64,000 nucleotides of DNA from Styela clava (lineage: Eukaryota): assembly GCF_964204865.1 (NCBI RefSeq), contig NC_135262.1, positions 9,858,001 through 9,922,000 of the forward strand, in the 5' to 3' direction. The notes beneath the pieces were generated by a model that saw only the letters and a program-made list of their open reading frames with translations, had not been told where the DNA came from and made no database searches. Positions 59,301-64,000 of the stretch are shown here, in pieces; the stretch's first letter is position 1, and every line of letters starts with the position of its first letter. The position numbers and the translations under genes were made by a program.

Positions 59301-59588
59301 ATATGAGACCAGATCCGGATAGTCATTCAATCCTTGATCTAGTTTAGTAATATTTCTGTTAGACTGACGGCTCTCAAATTCTACTGTTGTTTCTCGCTAT
59401 GCCAAAGGGTTAAATATTTAAATATTCCAACTTATATTTATTCCAATTTTCATGATGACTACCTCTGCTTTGTGAAACACATTTTTGCGTAATTCCCTCC
59501 AAGTTGAAAACATTACTACTTGATTTGACAGCAAACTCAAGAAATGGCGTCTATGCGACAGAACTTTCACACTATGCTTTTCAAGTGA
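56370..59588 (+). CDS. SYCP3: Synaptonemal complex protein 3 (Cor1/Xlr family), 7 exons, 236 aa (alternative in-frame ATG at 56364)
   Basis: Exons 56370-56451, 56674-56788, 57102-57243, 57477-57587, 57656-57756, 59067-59169, 59532-59588 (711 nt). Motifs FGSDMKKNLSAKRKRLE, LFTQWETD, RVVQTQRFKSLKQL and C-terminal TQTQEMASMRQNFHTMLF match the SYCP3 conserved motifs. Confidence 0.93.
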
Positions 59589-61876
59589 AATTGCAAAGAA
59601 GAGGCTTCAAGGATAGTATTTAATTTTTGTGGAAAATTATTTACAGACGACTGAAATCGGTGATTACGATCATTGTGCTCTCGGAAAATTTTTCAGTTTC
59701 CCATTTACTTGTTATTTATTCTATTGCGACGTTTTTGTTGGTTGAATTCTGCAATAAAGTTTTAAAAACACGTCAAAGTTTATGAAAAGAAGTGTACAAA
59801 ATAATTTTAAAGTTGCGTTTTCGAATCATGACTTTACTTTGTAATATGTAAAAGAGTTTACTAATCTCTTGAGAGATTCGTTGTTTATTTTATTATTTAA
59901 AAGTTAAATTAAAGCGCAGACAAAATTTTTGTCAATCCGACGTGGATAATAGGAAGAAACGTCATTGCAAATCTTCATATATTTAGCTTCTTTTTGCCGC
60001 GCTTGCGTAATTCTATAACGTAAGAACCCTCTCCGCGTGTCTCTAGTGCGTAAGCAGAAGGATGTTGAACTTGCGTGTAAGATATGTCAGTCGGAACCAG
60101 TAAAGGTAGGTGTACTAACCTGTAGAGTCAAATACAAGCTGATTTAAAGTATGTTGCTTCTAATCTAGATAAATGTTATACTACCAAACTTTAATGTTTG
60201 TAAACATATATATGCTTACTTGAATAGTTGTCGTAACATCATACGATGTTCAATTATATGCCTAAAAGAAGTTGTTCAAATATTTCAGAACGCCCTGATG
60301 CCATCGATTCAAATCTCTTGTATATTACCAATCATATATACAAATAATGAAAGGTATCGAATTTTGTATGCAATAAATATGAACTTAAGTTTTGAGCTCG
60401 GTCTACAATTGAATATATATATATTTTAAAATGTTTGTCCGATCATACCAAATGTATATTGGCCTGCACCACAAAATAAGTGTAAAAACAAGCAAATTTG
60501 AGGGACATTATTTCCAAGTAGTAGGCCTGTTCAGTCGTATTGTGCGACAAGTTAAAGTTGACCATACTCGTACTATGTTATCAAAAAATATGTTTGATGT
60601 TACTCTTAGCACAAGCCAAATCACTAAATTAATTGTGGTTTAGATTAAAATGCTTGCTACAGGGTTACTGCATGTTCTTACTTATTTGGGAGCATGTCTT
60701 ACATTTGCGTCTGGAGTGTAGACACACGTAATATATATATAGCGATTTTTATTTTCTGTCTGTTTTATAGCAAGATAAACTAAACTGAATATAAAACCCC
60801 GCGGCCGTAGCGGAGAGATCAATGTGATCTATACTTCAGTTTAGATTTTAGAACACTTGAAGATCAGTGCTAGAAATCTGAATAAAAACTGTGTTCTCCA
60901 TTGCTGTAAGCTAAAAACAGTTGAACATCAGCGCATGTAAAGGTGAAGCGCCCTTCGATTTATAAATCAACGGACAAGTTTTGTAGGGGAAAGTGGAGGA
61001 GGTTGGGAGATTTTTTTATTTGCATATTTTGAGCTGTTAATTCTGCATATTCACTTAAGTTGGCGGGACTAATGCATAGAGTGGTGAACGTAGGTTTTAT
61101 TCATTCATTCAGACCCATTGTGCCCCAGGGTCAGTCTGTCTAAATTCAACAAAGTATGCCCTTAAAATTAAGCAATTAATCAGCATAATCGTCTAAACAG
61201 GGAGACTTCAAATTTGAAGTTTTAATATTTTTAAAATCAATGTTCAACTGAAATGATATTTTGACAAAAAATTTCGCAAACAAATTTGATTATTTCCTTC
61301 CTTGAATCTAAATCTGGAAATATTATTGATTCTCGAATATATATATTCCATATTGGGCCATGTGTCGAAAGAAACCATAATTATCACACAAAATATAACG
61401 CATCTCTAGGTCTCCAAGCACTTATTGTATCAAACACTGTCGAATTATGTCCTGTAGGGCATGTCCCACTGAACCCCGGTCCATTGTTCCCCATAGGAAA
61501 CAAATATTTTCAGACCATCCCACGGCGAAATTCAGAAGGCACATCCACTCGCCAACGTTATGAATATTTTACAGTGGAGTAAAGCCGAAAAATATATATA
61601 TCAGACGGTGGTTTGTCATGTTGGAAAGGCTAATGTAGGAAAAAGAAAAAACTGGAACAGTGAAATTTTAGTTTCAGCTCCCCAAAACCAATTTCACCTC
61701 ATAGCTTGCGCCGCGCCGAATATATTTTCTATTTTTCAATCCACGGGAAGAGCTACATAGAATCTGGTTCAAACCTAAATATGAAATCTGCTAGTTAATT
61801 TTGCTGAACTTGCGGTAATTATTCAATATTCGTGTCCATATATCTGAGAATTGCTTTCCTAGCACTGAACTTAGAC

Positions 61877-62320
61877 CAGGGTGGTCCAACTATGTCGGCA
61901 TCGGGGGCCACAATATTAATTTTGTGTTGTTCGCGGGCCACATTAGTCCCAAGAACTTTGATTATTATTTATCATTATTTAATGTTTTATATCAACAATT
62001 ATGTTGGTCGTTAAAAGTCTCTAACTGACATCCAATGTCCTGTCTTTCAACCTGTTCTTTGTATTAGATTTCAGACTCTCTACAACGGAGAATGTGCTTT
62101 CGTGATTGAAGCGCTTCCGAACATCAATAACATGCCCTTTTAATTATATTCTTTTGATACCGTAACAACCTGCATACATACCAAGCACTGGGGCTTTGTT
62201 TTTCGCATGCACATGCTGTTTTTTGTTATCACTGATCGTTACCTATATCATCAAATGTGTCGCAGGCCACAGATTACGATACAGCGGCTCTAATGTGGCC
62301 CGTGGGCCTGGACCCGCGTG
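61877..62320. mobile_element. hAT (Charlie-like) MITE
   Basis: cagggtggtccaac...gggccaca / tgtggccc...ggacccgcgtg; flanks acttagac / atttagac. Confidence 0.7.
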
Positions 62321-63088
62321 ATTTAGACTGAAACTTTATTTTTTTTGTGTATGTGATATCAGAGCTATATCTTTAAACAGTGCCAAGTCCGCGGTGGCAT
62401 AATTTTTGAATTGTGAGGTAGGCGTTTCATAGTTCTAGCCTTTGTTCAGGATATGATTTCGATGAAATTGTGAATAAAATATTTCGTTTTCCTTTCCGTT
62501 TCCATATACTTAGGCTTTGCTCCTTTGTATTACTCATTTGGTTATTCATGTAGCTTAACTCCAAAGCGGCGTAAAAGAATATTACCAACTTCATTTAAGC
62601 TTGTTAGTGAGTATATATAATATCATGAGTTATACCTTTATAGTGCGTACTATTTATCTCCAGTTAATGCCTGTGATATACATATATATATATATATATA
62701 ATTCATAGGCTCGTAAAAGTAAAGTCGATCAGTACAATGATATGATTTCTTTTATTTCAACTAATTCTAAATAATATATTATTGAGTTTCAAAAAATATG
62801 TTGCATTATGTTTCTAGGTCGGGGCAAAGTGATTGTATTCATTTATTTAGGCACAACAATATTTCCATATTTGTTTCGCATTACTTAAAACATAATATTA
62901 TTATCCCGCAACTAAATCATACTTTCCATTCGTGGTGTGTCAGAAATGAGTAATTAATTAGTTACATTGTACTCAACAAGCGTTTATAAACAAAAATACC
63001 AATTATGCTCCATGAAATTTATACAGGGTATACCAATATGATGCATTATCAGGTATATATATACAATGCATAATAACAATGTGGTTAT

Positions 63089-63810
63089 TCAACAAACTGG
63101 CTGTAGCTTCCTGAATAAAGTGTCCCAAGTAGAAGCGTGGCGATGATTCAGGTCATCGTCGATATGAACCGGATCTTTTTTTCTGAAATCCTGACCCCAT
63201 CTGAGATTTTCGTCACCTCTGATTTTTCCCGTAAAACAGTTTGCAGCGATATTATTTCCACCTTTTTGTTTGTAAAAAATTGCAATTATAAAGGCATGCT
63301 CCTAACATATGTAGCAACAGGAAACAATTTTTTTAATGATTACTCCAAACAAGACTGTGCTAAAACAATCAGATACAATTGCTTTTGCAAATGAAATAGT
63401 TTTGTAACTTTAAAATTCTTTTTGCATTTGTTAGGCATATAAAAAATATTTATACAGACGCGCAGCTAGGATTTTTAAAAGGGGGGGGGGGTTATATATG
63501 TTATATTTTAACGTTTCCTGTGCTATTTTTGTTTTGAATCATCAAATGCAAACGGTAGACTAACTGTAATCAAAAAGAAAAGAATATATAGTTATAAAGA
63601 TTCATCAATTGCTTATGTCAATTAGGTAGTGAGTGTGAAAGAAACAATATGAATTTTACCTGCAAGGCATTCACTGTTGCACCAGCCTTTCGATGTCTGC
63701 AGATTCATGTCAATCGCATGCCCTACTTTGTGATTTGATTTCACGGCTGGTGTAACAATGGCTCCTGGAACTACCGCGTTATCTTTTCTGTATGAGTCTG
63801 TCACCCAAAC
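63089..63810 (-). CDS. 3' two exons of a peptidase M15 (M15C, L-Ala-D-Glu endopeptidase-like) zinc metallopeptidase; 5' exons lie beyond the window
   Basis: Exons 63810-63660 (cacag| ... |gtaaaa) and 63261-63089 (aaaag| ... TGA), phase-compatible: VWVTDSYRKDNAVVPGAIVTPAVKSNHKVGHAIDMNLQTSKGWCNSECLAGGNNIAANCFTGKIRGDENLRWGQDFRKKDPVHIDDDLNHRHASTWDTLFRKLQPVC*. Contains the SxHxxGxAxD, WGxDF and DxxH motifs. Confidence 0.8.
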
Positions 63811-64000
63811 CTGTGGGGGATATGTAAAAACAGTCACAAAATTTGAAAATGAGCTTGTTATAAAGTCTTTATTCGAGTAAATCGTTAAAAAAGCACGGCA
63901 ATAATGTTGTAGTGTGAGAGCGGTATTAACCTATTATGTTCCTTACAATTACTTTACAATCTTCTGCATATCCATCGATCCTATTCATTGCGTTTTTGAA

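Noticed and set aside
61286-61760. ORF-like, GC-richer stretch between SYCP3 and the M15 gene
   Set aside because: No recognisable motifs, stops in the plausible minus-strand frame and no consistent splice sites; left uncalled.

Overview
AT-rich, intron-containing animal genomic DNA, most consistent with an invertebrate chordate such as an ascidian. This is an inference from chordate-like proteins, compact genes and operon-like spacing; the species cannot be read from the sequence. Genes, left to right: the 5' end of an unknown membrane-protein ORF (-, runs off the left edge); a single-exon GTF3C1 (-); a 12-exon BTB-BACK-Kelch gene (+); a 7-exon RDH11/12/13-type SDR (+); a disabled processed copy of SmG/SNRPG; a single-exon GPR89 (+), followed 344 bp later by a 2-exon orphan gene built from a duplicated helical domain; a 17-exon eIF3b (+); a 7-exon SYCP3 (+); and the last two exons of a spliced gene (-, runs off the right edge) carrying a complete bacterial/phage-type M15C (L-Ala-D-Glu endopeptidase-like) zinc active-site signature. 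Non-coding space is dense with mobile DNA whose ends and target-site duplications (TSDs) can be read directly: an AcademX derivative, a P-superfamily element that also carries a second convergent spliced gene relic, many hAT and Merlin-type MITEs (often nested), and tRNA-derived SINEs with a Meta-domain-like core. Top candidates for new biology are the intron-bearing M15 peptidoglycan-hydrolase-like gene, the orphan tandem-domain gene behind GPR89, and the two-gene P element. Exon coordinates were derived by hand from GT-AG sites and frame continuity; no database searches were run.
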